Of a DNA stretch of 63,273 bases, positions 51,503-59,503 are shown in pieces. The position numbers and the translations under genes are program-made. A model generated the notes under the pieces. It did not search any database. It was not told the DNA's origin and saw nothing but the letters and a program-made list of their open reading frames with translations. Each line of letters opens with the position of its first letter. Positions within the stretch are counted from its first letter, which is position 1. The stretch lies in the IMG/VR virus record IMGVR_UViG_3300048583_000095, positions 1 through 63,273 of that record. One strand, 5' to 3'. Source of the stretch: a virus.

Positions 51503-51628
51503 TTCATCCCGAAGTGCAGCACGCGGTTACTTCCACTACCAATCTCAGTGGACGCGGCAAGCATCCGGTTCGGCCGGAAGTAGCTTCCGATCACGTCCGT
51601 TTCCGCAGGCGACGAGATTCGGGATGAT
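51503..51628 (+). ncRNA. Y RNA-like module 2 (no clear tRNA-like domain; YrlB-like)
   Basis: Closing helix TCATCCCGAA (51504-13) / TTCGGGATGA (51618-27) with the same CGAAGTG...GATTCG signature; internal hairpins. Confidence 0.45.
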
Positions 51629-51632
51629 CTAA

Positions 51633-51787
51633 GTTCATAGCTGTCCGAAGTGAAGAGTTCGGTTACTTCGAATCAGGATCGAGAGGTCGGAGGTTCGATT
51701 CCTCCCATCCCGAAGAGTCGGGATGTAGCTCAGTGGATAGAGCGCTAACATTTCCGCACTCGCCCGGATTCGGACAGCTCATAAGTT
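51633..51787 (+). ncRNA. Y RNA-like module 3 (YrlA-like, with tRNA-like domain)
   Basis: Helix AGCTGTCCGAA (51639-49) / TTCGGACAGCT (51769-79). Second helix GAGTTCGG/CCGCACTC. T-arm GGAGG-TTCGATT-CCTCC. Hairpin CATCCCG-AAGAGT-CGGGATG. TA + D-arm GCTC-AGTGGATA-GAGC. Confidence 0.65.
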
Positions 51788-51790
51788 TCA

Positions 51791-51887
51791 CATCTCCCGA
51801 TGTGACGCGCACGGATACTTCGGAAAAGGTTCTTTGCTAGAACGTGGTTCGAAACCACATGCCGAGCGCACTGTGAATCGGGAGGTC
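51791..51887 (+). ncRNA. Y RNA-like module 4 (variant CGATGTG/GAATCG; partial tRNA-like elements)
   Basis: Helix ATCTCCCGA (51792-800) / TCGGGAGGT (51878-86); internal GTTC-TTTGCTA-GAAC and T-arm-like GTGG-TTCGAAA-CCAC. Confidence 0.45.
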
Positions 51888-51894
51888 TCAACTG

Positions 51895-52043
51895 AAGAGC
51901 GACGCGCGAAGTGCAGAGAACGGTTCCTTCCGTCTGTTAAACGGCTGATCCGGGTTCGAGTCCCGGCCCTCGTCTAAACGCTTGGGTAGCTCAATTGGTA
52001 GAGCAGCAGTGTCCCGGTCTCGATCGGATTCGCGCGCCGCTTT
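51895..52043 (+). ncRNA. Y RNA-like module 5 (YrlA-like, with tRNA-like domain)
   Basis: Helix CGCGCGAA (51903-10) / TTCGCGCG (52029-36). T-arm CCGGG-TTCGAGT-CCCGG. Imperfect closed acceptor-like hairpin. TA + D-arm GCTC-AATTGGTA-GAGC. Confidence 0.55.
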
Positions 52044-52085
52044 CTTCGGGTGTAGTCCTCCCACCCCTGTAAACGAGAGGACATC

Positions 52086-53732
52086 ATGACGAAGTTCAAC
52101 AAGGTCGGAACCCGCACGGCGACGCAGTCGCCGATTTCGAGCGCCGTCAAGCCGCGTCTGAAGACGGGCGAAGGCGCACAGGGATTCAAGCGCGACGCGA
52201 AGGGCGAACTCTTCGTGCTCGCGGTCGGCCGCTTCTTCGGCGAGAAGACGTTTTACGAGACGCCCGACGCAGGCGCGAAGCGCTTCGTCGCGCTCGTGCG
52301 CGAGGTCGCCACGGCCGACCCCGCTTGGGTCGCTGAGTTCCTGAAGTGGCTCCGCAGTGAAGCCAACATCCGCACGTCGGCGATCGTCGGCGCAGTGGAG
52401 TACGCGCGCACCATGCAGGCACTCGCGCGTGACGGCGAGCTGCCGCTTCACGCGTCGCACACGGCGCGCGCCGTCGTCCGTTCGGTACTTCAGCGCGCCG
52501 ACGAGCCCGGCGAGATGATCGCGTACTGCCGCTCGCAGTACGGCCGCTCGATCCCGATCGCCGTGAAGCGCGGCATCGCCGACGCGATCTCGGGGCTGAA
52601 GACGGGCCGGAAGGCGCTGTACACGGAGTATTCGCTTCTCAAGTACGACACGCCGTCGCACGGCTACCGCTTCGGCGACGTCGTCGACACGGTGTGCCCG
52701 GCGACCACGCACCCCGACGTGCGCGACACGCCGACCGGCGATCTCTTCGAGTTCGCCATCGACCGTCGCCACGGCCGTGAGAGCATCGACCCCGAGCTGT
52801 TCCCGCTGCTCACGAAGAACTCGCAGTACCGTCGACTCGTCGGTTCGAACCCGAACCTACTCCTCGACGTCGAGAAGCTTCGCGCGGCCGGGCTCACGTG
52901 GGAAGACGCACTCTCGCTCGGGGGCGACAAGATCGACAAGCGGAAGCTGTGGGAAGCGCTCATCGACGCCGACGCGCTCGGCTACATGGCGTTGATTCGC
53001 AACCTTCGCGGCTTCGACGAAGCCGGAGTGTCGAAGGTGCACGCGCAGAAGGTCGCCGATATCATCGCCGACCCCGAGCGCGTGAAGTCCTCGCGACAGC
53101 TTCCGTACCGGTACCTGTCGGCGTACAAGGCCGCGCCGTCGCTCCGTTGGGGGCAGGCGCTCGAAGAAGCGCTTGACCTGTCAACAGCGAACGTACCGAA
53201 GCTGCGCGGGCGCACGCTCGTGCTCGTCGACACGTCGGCGTCGATGCAGACGCCGTTGTCGGACCGCTCTTCGGTGCACTACGTCGAAGCGGCGGCGCTC
53301 TTCGGCGTCGCGCTCGGGCGCAACGCCGCGAAGGTCAACCTGTACGGCTTCGCGACGGGCACGTTCCGGCACGAACTCGCTTACGGCGGGTCGGTGCTGC
53401 GGCAGACGAAGCAGCTCGTCGACCGTGTCGGCGAAGCCGGGCACGGAACCGACATCGCCGGAGCCGTGCGCGCCACGTACGCCGGGCACGACCGCGTCGT
53501 GATTCTGACGGACATGCAGACGGTCGGCGGAATCGGGTACTACGGCCGCAGTGTCACGGAATCCGTTCCCGCGAACGTCCCGCTGTACGCGTGGAACCTC
53601 ACGGGCTACGTGGCGTCGATGATGCCGACCGGATCGGGCAACCGGCACGAGTTCGGCGGGTTCTCGGATTCGGCGTTCAGCATCATGCAGACGCTCGAAG
53701 CCGGGCGCGACGGCCGGTGGCCGTGGCAGTGA
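52086..53732 (+). CDS. rsr: Ro60-related protein (TROVE domain + vWA domain), Rsr ortholog
   Basis: N-terminal TROVE-like pattern (GEGAQGFKRDAKGELFVLAVGRFFGEKTFYE). C-terminal vWA MIDAS LVLVDTSASM with later GHGTDI and VVILTDMQT. RBS GAGAGGA. Confidence 0.85.
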   Translation: MTKFNKVGTRTATQSPISSAVKPRLKTGEGAQGFKRDAKGELFVLAVGRFFGEKTFYETPDAGAKRFVALVREVATADPAWVAEFLKWLRSEANIRTSAIVGAVEYARTMQALARDGELPLHASHTARAVVRSVLQRADEPGEMIAYCRSQYGRSIPIAVKRGIADAISGLKTGRKALYTEYSLLKYDTPSHGYRFGDVVDTVCPATTHPDVRDTPTGDLFEFAIDRRHGRESIDPELFPLLTKNSQYRRLVGSNPNLLLDVEKLRAAGLTWEDALSLGGDKIDKRKLWEALIDADALGYMALIRNLRGFDEAGVSKVHAQKVADIIADPERVKSSRQLPYRYLSAYKAAPSLRWGQALEEALDLSTANVPKLRGRTLVLVDTSASMQTPLSDRSSVHYVEAAALFGVALGRNAAKVNLYGFATGTFRHELAYGGSVLRQTKQLVDRVGEAGHGTDIAGAVRATYAGHDRVVILTDMQTVGGIGYYGRSVTESVPANVPLYAWNLTGYVASMMPTGSGNRHEFGGFSDSAFSIMQTLEAGRDGRWPWQ

Positions 53733-53815
53733 TAGGGCTCGCGTGCGTGGCCGCGTGGATATCACTGGTAGTCGTGATCATCTGCGCGGCGCAGGAATCG
53801 CGTAGGCGGAAGTAA
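53729..53815 (+). CDS. possible 28-aa membrane peptide
   Basis: GTGA overlap with the rsr stop; VIGLACVAAWISLVVVIICAAQESRRRK. Confidence 0.3.
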   Translation: MIGLACVAAWISLVVVIICAAQESRRRK

Positions 53816-53819
53816 GCGC

Positions 53820-53845
53820 AGGGCCGACCCCGAAGGGTCGGCCCT
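53820..53845 (+). terminator. terminator hairpin after the rsr operon
   Basis: AGGGCCGACCC-CGAA-GGGTCGGCCCT. Confidence 0.75.
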
Positions 53846-53851
53846 TCGTGG

Positions 53852-53868
53852 TACTCTGACATAATTCG
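53852..53868 (+). promoter_or_regulatory. class-1 promoter-like box TACTCTGACATAATTCG
   Basis: ACTCTGAYAnnATTC family; 23 nt upstream of ATG 53891. Confidence 0.6.
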
Positions 53869-53890
53869 ACAACCGACGAAAGGACAGAAC

Positions 53891-54598
53891 ATGACCGATA
53901 TCGACTGGGAAGAAGCCGCGCGGCGAAACCTTGCGGACTACCGGACCGCTCAGGCACAGCTCGATGTTCTGCGCGAACACCTCGCGGCCGGAACGGCGTC
54001 GGACGGACACCACACGCACAATGAGCTGTATCAGTACCGGATGTTGTACAACGCCCTCGCGCTGCACGGATTCACGGCAGTCGGATGGGAAGTCACCCGG
54101 TCGTGGCGTCACCACAGCGGGGAAGAGTGCTTCGGCGGGGGATGGTTCGTCGTGCAGGCGGACACTCCGGCCGGGCAGGTGACGAACCACTACCAGGCCG
54201 ATCACTGGTATCTCTTCGAAGGCATCCCCGACGTCGAGACGTCGCCCGCTTGGGACGGCCACACGCCGCCCATCGCAGCGCAGCGGCTCGAAGCCGCGAT
54301 CACATTCCTACGGCAGGCGTTCGCCGAGAAGAGGAACCGCGCCGACCTCATGCGCCGCGCATACGCGCGCGTGATCCGCGAGCGCGACATGCAGGCTGGT
54401 CCCGGCCTCACGCTCCACATCAATGCGCTGTCGCAGGTGGCGGGCGCATCGATGCACCTCGTACAGCAGTGGGCAGAGACGAGCGACGACGGCCGGAACC
54501 ACCTGCTGTCGAACCTCGCGAAGTCCTTGGACAAGCTCGAATACGTCGAAGCGAAGCTAGGGATCGCCATCGACGAGTATCCGAAGGGAGGTGAATAG
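53891..54598 (+). CDS. WDGH-motif protein (hypothetical)
   Basis: ATG after CGACGAAAGGACAGAAC; contains SPAWDGHTPP. Confidence 0.75.
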   Translation: MTDIDWEEAARRNLADYRTAQAQLDVLREHLAAGTASDGHHTHNELYQYRMLYNALALHGFTAVGWEVTRSWRHHSGEECFGGGWFVVQADTPAGQVTNHYQADHWYLFEGIPDVETSPAWDGHTPPIAAQRLEAAITFLRQAFAEKRNRADLMRRAYARVIRERDMQAGPGLTLHINALSQVAGASMHLVQQWAETSDDGRNHLLSNLAKSLDKLEYVEAKLGIAIDEYPKGGE

Positions 54599-54600
54599 GA

Positions 54601-54687
54601 ATGAAGGGGCCGTGCACTATCTGCGGGAACTACCATCCCGCCCCGGGAGCCGGGCAGGCTGCGAACGCCAATTGCGGCAGCACGTAG
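54601..54687 (+). CDS. possible 28-aa Cys-containing peptide
   Basis: ATG 3 nt after the upstream stop with GGAGGTGAATAGGA upstream; MKGPCTICGNYHPAPGAGQAANANCGST. Confidence 0.3.
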   Translation: MKGPCTICGNYHPAPGAGQAANANCGST

Positions 54688-54749
54688 CCGGATAGCGGAC
54701 AGCGCTCGACGCTGTCCGCTACGCTCGGCGTAACGAGAAAGGATGAAGG

Positions 54750-54971
54750 ATGTTCTACACCACGCGTCCGGGATGGAATGTCGAGACGTCCCACCCGGTC
54801 GAAGAAGGTCAGTCGGACAGCGAACCGCTCTGCCCGACTGCCGCATGTATCGACGGCATCGCCCCGGCAATCGCCTTCGCGACCGATTGGGGCTCGTCGG
54901 CGTTCCAAGCGCAGACGACCGACCCCGACAGCACCGTGCACACGATCGTCGTCCGGGAGATGGCACCGTAA
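54750..54971 (+). CDS. hypothetical protein
   Basis: ATG after CGAGAAAGGATGAAGG. Confidence 0.65.
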   Translation: MFYTTRPGWNVETSHPVEEGQSDSEPLCPTAACIDGIAPAIAFATDWGSSAFQAQTTDPDSTVHTIVVREMAP

Positions 54972-54974
54972 GGG

Positions 54975-54998
54975 GGTCCCGGCCGCGAGGCCGGGACC
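54975..54998 (+). terminator. terminator hairpin
   Basis: GGTCCCGGCC-GCGA-GGCCGGGACC. Confidence 0.7.
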
Positions 54999-55017
54999 GA
55001 CGAAAGGACGAAAGGTC

Positions 55018-55446
55018 ATGTTCGCAACCATCTTCGCGGCGCTACTCGTCGGGCACTACCTCGGCGACTACTTTGTGCAGACGGACTACCAGGCGCAGCA
55101 CAAGGGACAAGGCGGAACGCGGTTCCTTGACCAGCTCGGCCGGTGGAACTGCGCGAAGCACGCCGTGACGTACACGGCGTCGCTTGCCGGAGTGCTCGGC
55201 GCGGCGCTCGTCGTCGAAGGCGTCGAGTACGACGGACACGCCGCACTCGTCGTGTGGTCGACGTTGACCCTGAACGGGATCACGCACTACATCATCGACC
55301 GCAGGTGGACGCTCGAAGCCGCGATGCGCCTGATCGGCAAGTCGGGGTGGATCGACGCCGACCGCGAGGCGCTGCCGAAGCTCGACCAGGCGGCGCACGT
55401 CGTCTTGCTCGGCCTCTTTGCGCTCGCTATCGCCGCGCTGATCTAG
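55018..55446 (+). CDS. membrane protein (DUF3307-like, HYLGDY motif)
   Basis: ATG after CGACGAAAGGACGAAAGGTC; LVGHYLGDYFVQTDYQA and several TM helices. Confidence 0.75.
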   Translation: MFATIFAALLVGHYLGDYFVQTDYQAQHKGQGGTRFLDQLGRWNCAKHAVTYTASLAGVLGAALVVEGVEYDGHAALVVWSTLTLNGITHYIIDRRWTLEAAMRLIGKSGWIDADREALPKLDQAAHVVLLGLFALAIAALI

Positions 55447-55448
55447 GG

Positions 55449-55475
55449 AGCCGGACTCTTCGGGGTCCGGCTTTC
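55449..55475 (+). terminator. terminator hairpin
   Basis: AGCCGGAC-8 nt-GTCCGGCT followed by TTCG. Confidence 0.7.
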
Positions 55476-55599
55476 GTCGACCCCTAGGTGTTACCGTGAA
55501 CCCTACAAAAATAAGTTCGGTTATTTATATCAGAGTCACTAGACAGCGCCCCCGAACCGGCGTAGGCTTAAGGGACAAGCAAGACGACGAGACGACAGG

Positions 55600-56499
55600 A
55601 TGAAGAAGATGAACGTTCGAGCGAAGTTCAACGGCGGCGCGGTTCACCTCGGCGGCAGCGAATTCACCAACGGCCGTTGGTCCCCCGCCTGCGGAATGCA
55701 GCATCACAACGTCGGAGGCCGCACCCCGAGCGCGCTCTACCCCACCGAAGACGCCGTGACCTGCAAGCGCTGCCTTAAGGTGATCGCGAAGGACGCCGAG
55801 AAGACGCAGGCGCAGACCCCGGCCGCTCCCGAGATCAAGCCCGGCCGGTGCCTTCAGCGCGTCGGCAAGGTCGGGGCCACGCCGACGCAGTGCGTCAAGC
55901 CCCACGCTCACGAGGACGACCACGAAGACCGGTTCGGCGAGACCTACCGCAATCACGCCGTTGTTCCGGGTGCCGAGCCGCTGTCGCCCACGGCGCAGGC
56001 GCTCGCCGACGCGTCGACCCTGCGTGACAAGGCGATGAAGGCGGCGTACGACGCCGAAGGAACCGAACTCGAAGCCGTCGCCGACGCCGTGTACGAGTCG
56101 GCCGACGCGGTGTACAAGGCGGCACAGGCGGCGCACAGCGCGGCGCGCGAGGCGGCCGGGGATTTCCTCCCCCGCGCCGAGCGGGAGGCGCGTAAGGTGA
56201 AGCCCTTCACGCTCCATTACGACGCCGCCGAAGGCGTCTACATCGCGGCGGCGCTGCGCGAGAAGGCGCAGGCAGAGCGCGAGCTGTCGAAGGAACTGCG
56301 GGTGGAATACGACGGCGTCGGAGCGGGACAGGCCGACAACCGCGCCGGACTGCTCGACCTGGTCGCCGACCGGGTGCACACGCCCGTGAAGGCGGCGCTC
56401 GCCGACGACATGGGGCGCGCGCTCGACGCCGCCGAGAAGCAGGCGAAGCCGAGCCGCGCGGCGCGCCTGATTCAGGACGCGATCGGCCTCCGCTGGTAA
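55600..56499 (+). CDS. hypothetical protein
   Basis: 299-aa ORF; N-terminal Cys/His-containing region, Ala-rich helical C-terminus. Confidence 0.75.
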   Translation: MKKMNVRAKFNGGAVHLGGSEFTNGRWSPACGMQHHNVGGRTPSALYPTEDAVTCKRCLKVIAKDAEKTQAQTPAAPEIKPGRCLQRVGKVGATPTQCVKPHAHEDDHEDRFGETYRNHAVVPGAEPLSPTAQALADASTLRDKAMKAAYDAEGTELEAVADAVYESADAVYKAAQAAHSAAREAAGDFLPRAEREARKVKPFTLHYDAAEGVYIAAALREKAQAERELSKELRVEYDGVGAGQADNRAGLLDLVADRVHTPVKAALADDMGRALDAAEKQAKPSRAARLIQDAIGLRW

Positions 56500-56509
56500 G
56501 TTCGAGGGA

Positions 56510-56531
56510 CCCCGGGGCGCAAGCCCCGGGG
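56510..56531 (+). terminator. terminator hairpin
   Basis: CCCCGGGG-CGCAAG-CCCCGGGG. Confidence 0.7.
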
Positions 56532-56532
56532 G

Positions 56533-56549
56533 CACTCTGATAATATTCA
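56533..56549 (+). promoter_or_regulatory. class-1 promoter-like box CACTCTGATAATATTCA
   Basis: ACTCTGAYAnnATTC family; 25 nt upstream of ATG 56574. Confidence 0.6.
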
Positions 56550-56573
56550 AGACACAGACGAAAGGATGACATC

Positions 56574-57071
56574 ATGACACTCAGCACCGACATGTACGTT
56601 CAGAAGCCGGTCGACCTGCACGCGCTCAAGTACGTCGTGCAAGCCGCGCTCGCCGAGTTCGACGAGTACAGCCGCACCCCCGATCAGCAGCTCTGGGATA
56701 TCGAGAGCAGCGCCTTCCGCAACACCTGGTCGACCGTAGTCGGTCAAGGGCTCCCGGCGCGGACGTGGATTCACCTCGGGGCCGAAGACGCGTGGGCGCA
56801 GCCGAACGACGAGTACGCCGACGACTCCGATTACGACGAGGACGGCGAGCCCGCGCTTCAGACGCCGAAGCACTTCGCGTTGATCAACTTCGACACGGCG
56901 TACGGCTACCGCGACGCGAAGGGTCAAGGCTGTGCCGAGCTGCACATGCAGCTCATGACGCGAGTCGGCAAGTGGCTCGACGAGCAGTCGGTGCCGTGGA
57001 AGTGGCGCGACGAGTTCACCGGCGACATTCACGACGCGTACGACGGCTTCGACACCTTCGGGAAGTGGTGA
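56574..57071 (+). CDS. hypothetical protein
   Basis: ATG after AGACGAAAGGATGACATC. Confidence 0.75.
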   Translation: MTLSTDMYVQKPVDLHALKYVVQAALAEFDEYSRTPDQQLWDIESSAFRNTWSTVVGQGLPARTWIHLGAEDAWAQPNDEYADDSDYDEDGEPALQTPKHFALINFDTAYGYRDAKGQGCAELHMQLMTRVGKWLDEQSVPWKWRDEFTGDIHDAYDGFDTFGKW

Positions 57072-57163
57072 CCGTGAACGTGTGGCAGCATCTCGCACTC
57101 GCGGCCGTCGCGCTCGCCGGAGTGTTCATCATCGCGGCCGTGATCGGCTTCGCGATCGGATAG
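57068..57163 (+). CDS. possible 31-aa membrane peptide
   Basis: GTGA overlap with the upstream stop; HLALAAVALAGVFIIAAVIGFAIG. Confidence 0.35.
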   Translation: MTVNVWQHLALAAVALAGVFIIAAVIGFAIG

Positions 57164-57174
57164 AGCTTGCCTGT

Positions 57175-57200
57175 GGTTCTTCGGCTTGCGCCGAAGAACC
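57175..57200 (+). terminator. terminator hairpin
   Basis: GGTTCTTCGGC-TTGC-GCCGAAGAACC. Confidence 0.75.
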
Positions 57201-57243
57201 TAGGGGAGGCGCTACACCTCCGATCATTCGACGAAGGGGAAAC

Positions 57244-57327
57244 ATGAACACCGACAACGCACCGCAGGGCGACGACGACATTTGTTGGTACTGCGGTAAG
57301 AAGGTTCGGGACTGCACGCACCTGTGA
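57244..57327 (+). CDS. possible 27-aa Cys-rich peptide
   Basis: ATG after GAAGGGGAAAC; MNTDNAPQGDDDICWYCGKKVRDCTHL. Confidence 0.35.
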   Translation: MNTDNAPQGDDDICWYCGKKVRDCTHL

Positions 57328-57358
57328 CGAATCCGTCACTTGACGAAAGGATACTGAC

Positions 57359-57961
57359 ATGGGAACTCGCGGGTTCATGGGGCTCGTGATCGACGGGCAA
57401 CAGAAGATCGGCTATGTCCACTGGGATTCGTACCCCGAAGGACTCGGTGCGAGCACGCTCGACGCGCTGCGAACGCTGCTGCTCGCCGACTCCGGCGACC
57501 AGGTCGCCACGCTCGCGCGTCGGCTCGAAGTCGTCAACAGCGAGACGAAGCCGAGCCGGGAACAGCAGGAACGCCTTGCCGATTACGCCGACGTGAGAGT
57601 GTCGACACGGCAACTCGACGAGTGGTACGTGCTGCTGCGGCGCACGCACGGCGACCTCGTGCAGACGCTCAAGGCCGGGTACATCGAAGACGCGTCCGAC
57701 TTCCCGTACGACTCGCTTTTCTGCGAATGGGGATACCTCGTCGACTTCGATACGCGGACGTTCGAAGCGTATCGAGGATTCCAGACCAAGCCGCACACGC
57801 TCGGGCGCTTCGCTTCCGGTGGCTCCCCCGACCGGACGCAGGCGCTCGGGCACTCGTACTTCCCGGTCGCGCTCGTCGGGATGTGGACGTTCGACAACCT
57901 GCCCGCGACGGACGTCTTCGTGAAGGCGCTCGAACCCGGCGACGACGAAGACAAGGACTGA
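57359..57961 (+). CDS. hypothetical protein
   Basis: ATG after TGACGAAAGGATACTGAC. Confidence 0.8.
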   Translation: MGTRGFMGLVIDGQQKIGYVHWDSYPEGLGASTLDALRTLLLADSGDQVATLARRLEVVNSETKPSREQQERLADYADVRVSTRQLDEWYVLLRRTHGDLVQTLKAGYIEDASDFPYDSLFCEWGYLVDFDTRTFEAYRGFQTKPHTLGRFASGGSPDRTQALGHSYFPVALVGMWTFDNLPATDVFVKALEPGDDEDKD

Positions 57962-57966
57962 ACAGT

Positions 57967-58191
57967 ATGAAGAGCAAGCAGACGCGCGCGCAGCGCGCCG
58001 AGCTGAAGCGACGCGGGATCAAGCCCGGCAAGGTCACGGAGGAGAACCAACACGGGCAGGCGACGGGGGGATGGTCGCCGTTCGCCGCGCCTGCCGCTCC
58101 GGCCCGGATGGAACCGGTCGACGACGTCGCGTACGACGCCTTCGACCGCGTCAACCGGTCATGGTTCACGCACAAGCCGAAAGGGCAGTAA
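57967..58191 (+). CDS. hypothetical protein
   Basis: ATG 57967 within ORF 57622..58191; basic N-terminus. Confidence 0.6.
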   Translation: MKSKQTRAQRAELKRRGIKPGKVTEENQHGQATGGWSPFAAPAAPARMEPVDDVAYDAFDRVNRSWFTHKPKGQ

Positions 58192-58331
58192 TGGGAAGTC
58201 ACAAGCCGGGACGTCCGGCACCGGCCGCAGCGGCGCAGACGCGCCGCGAGACGCGCACGCAGAACCGCGAGACGCGGGTACAGGACGCAGAAAAGCAGAT
58301 GGAGCGCAAGCCCTTCGAGAACGGCGGGTAA
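58191..58331 (+). CDS. small basic protein (46 aa)
   Basis: TAATG overlap with the upstream stop. Confidence 0.45.
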   Translation: MGSHKPGRPAPAAAAQTRRETRTQNRETRVQDAEKQMERKPFENGG

Positions 58332-58345
58332 GGAATTGCCCGTGT

Positions 58346-58375
58346 TTGACCTGCTAGGGCTCGATTCGCTAGCAT
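58346..58375 (+). promoter_or_regulatory. sigma-70-like promoter TTGACC-18-TAGCAT
   Basis: -35 at 58346-51, -10 at 58370-75, 36 nt upstream of ATG 58411. Confidence 0.55.
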
Positions 58376-58410
58376 GTTGAGCACGGGCACAACCACGGAG
58401 GGACCCCGCC

Positions 58411-58671
58411 ATGATCCACGCTTACAGCGTCCGCGTGAACTTCGACCGGGCACTGAATCACGAAGACGACGCGGCGGGTACGCCTGCCACATCGGACGCC
58501 TTCACGCACGAAGTCGAAGCCGAGAACGCCGTGTGCGCGCTGTACGCGGCGATCGAAGGCGTACACCACCAATACCACCGGGTCGGGCGTCGGTTCCTGT
58601 CGCTCGACGCGCTCAAGGCAAGCGTGACGTTCGCCGAAGTGAACCGGCTCGACGAGACGCCTTCGGCCTAG
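58411..58671 (+). CDS. hypothetical protein
   Basis: ATG after ACGGAGGGACCCCGCC. Confidence 0.7.
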   Translation: MIHAYSVRVNFDRALNHEDDAAGTPATSDAFTHEVEAENAVCALYAAIEGVHHQYHRVGRRFLSLDALKASVTFAEVNRLDETPSA

Positions 58672-58787
58672 CTCACCTGCGAGAACAAAAGAATTCAAAA
58701 ATATTTGCCGTGGCCCTTGCACCCTCGTGCAAGGGCTACTAAGCTTGGTTACAGACGACAGGACGATTCGACGACTGGGAGGTCATC

Positions 58788-59186
58788 ATGGACAAGGTCA
58801 CGCTGCACTGGACGCCTTCGGTGAAGCACGGAAACATGCTCATCGCGATGTGGGGGCGGACGAAGATCCGCGTCTACGACGACACGTCGCGGACCAAGGG
58901 CGGCGCGTTCCTGGACATCATCGACGCGGACGCCGAGCACCGCACGCTCAGCAGCTCCCCCGCGCCGATCGCCGAGCGCTTCCGCAACTCCGTGGCGGCG
59001 CAGCACTACGCCGCCGCGTGGATTGAGCAGCAGTACGGGCAGTGCTGGAACCGCAGCCTCAAGACCGGTGTCCGCTGCGTCGAGCTGTCCACCCGCATCA
59101 ACGAGTTGGGCTCGCGGTACTGCGTCGCCTGCTACGAGCGGTACGCGGACAGCTGCCGGGCGCGCGGCGTCGCCGTCCGAGCGTAG
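58788..59186 (+). CDS. hypothetical protein (C-terminal Cys cluster)
   Basis: ATG after TGGGAGGTCATC. Confidence 0.75.
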   Translation: MDKVTLHWTPSVKHGNMLIAMWGRTKIRVYDDTSRTKGGAFLDIIDADAEHRTLSSSPAPIAERFRNSVAAQHYAAAWIEQQYGQCWNRSLKTGVRCVELSTRINELGSRYCVACYERYADSCRARGVAVRA

Positions 59187-59192
59187 ATTCCG

Positions 59193-59216
59193 AGCCCCGG
59201 CCCGCAAGGGCCGGGG
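59193..59216 (+). terminator. terminator hairpin
   Basis: GCCCCGGCCC-GCAA-GGGCCGGGGC. Confidence 0.75.
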
Positions 59217-59224
59217 CACCGTGC

Positions 59225-59242
59225 TATTATCATCAGAGTTGC
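59225..59242 (+). promoter_or_regulatory. class-2 promoter-like box TATTATCATCAGAGTTGC
   Basis: The TATTAT..AGAGTTGC family recurs at 60384-60398, 61863-61878, 62437-62453 and, more loosely, 55524-55539. Confidence 0.55.
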
Positions 59243-59265
59243 AAGTCAGACGATAGGATGAAACG

Positions 59266-59487
59266 ATGCCCCTCCGCTGGGTTCTACGCCGCAAGTACAC
59301 GCAGGCCGAGACCGATACCCACCGGTACCGCGTCACGTACACCGCGTTCGAAGGCGGGTTGCTGCACGTGTGGCGCTTCGACGACGACGCGCCGTACGGC
59401 CGCCGACTGATTCACACCCGCGAGCACCGCAGCTTCGTCGAAGCGCGGCGCTCGGCCGAGATCATCGCCGAGCACGCGGCGAAGTAG
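59266..59487 (+). CDS. hypothetical protein
   Basis: ATG after AGACGATAGGATGAAACG. Confidence 0.7.
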   Translation: MPLRWVLRRKYTQAETDTHRYRVTYTAFEGGLLHVWRFDDDAPYGRRLIHTREHRSFVEARRSAEIIAEHAAK

Positions 59488-59503
59488 ACGATAGGACGAA
59501 ACG

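Noticed and set aside
51689-52004. Calling the T-arm/D-arm segments at 51415, 51689, 51728, 51950 and 51989 ordinary tRNA genes
   Set aside because: The T-arm precedes the acceptor and D-arm (permuted order), and no anticodon arm lies between D and T. They cannot fold as linear cloverleaf tRNAs.
51346-52085. Track ORFs inside the Y-RNA-like region (51346..51627+, 51379..51594-, 51974..52189-)
   Set aside because: They have no RBS and poor composition, and the region is better explained by five helix-closed RNA modules with T-arm motifs upstream of a Ro60 gene.
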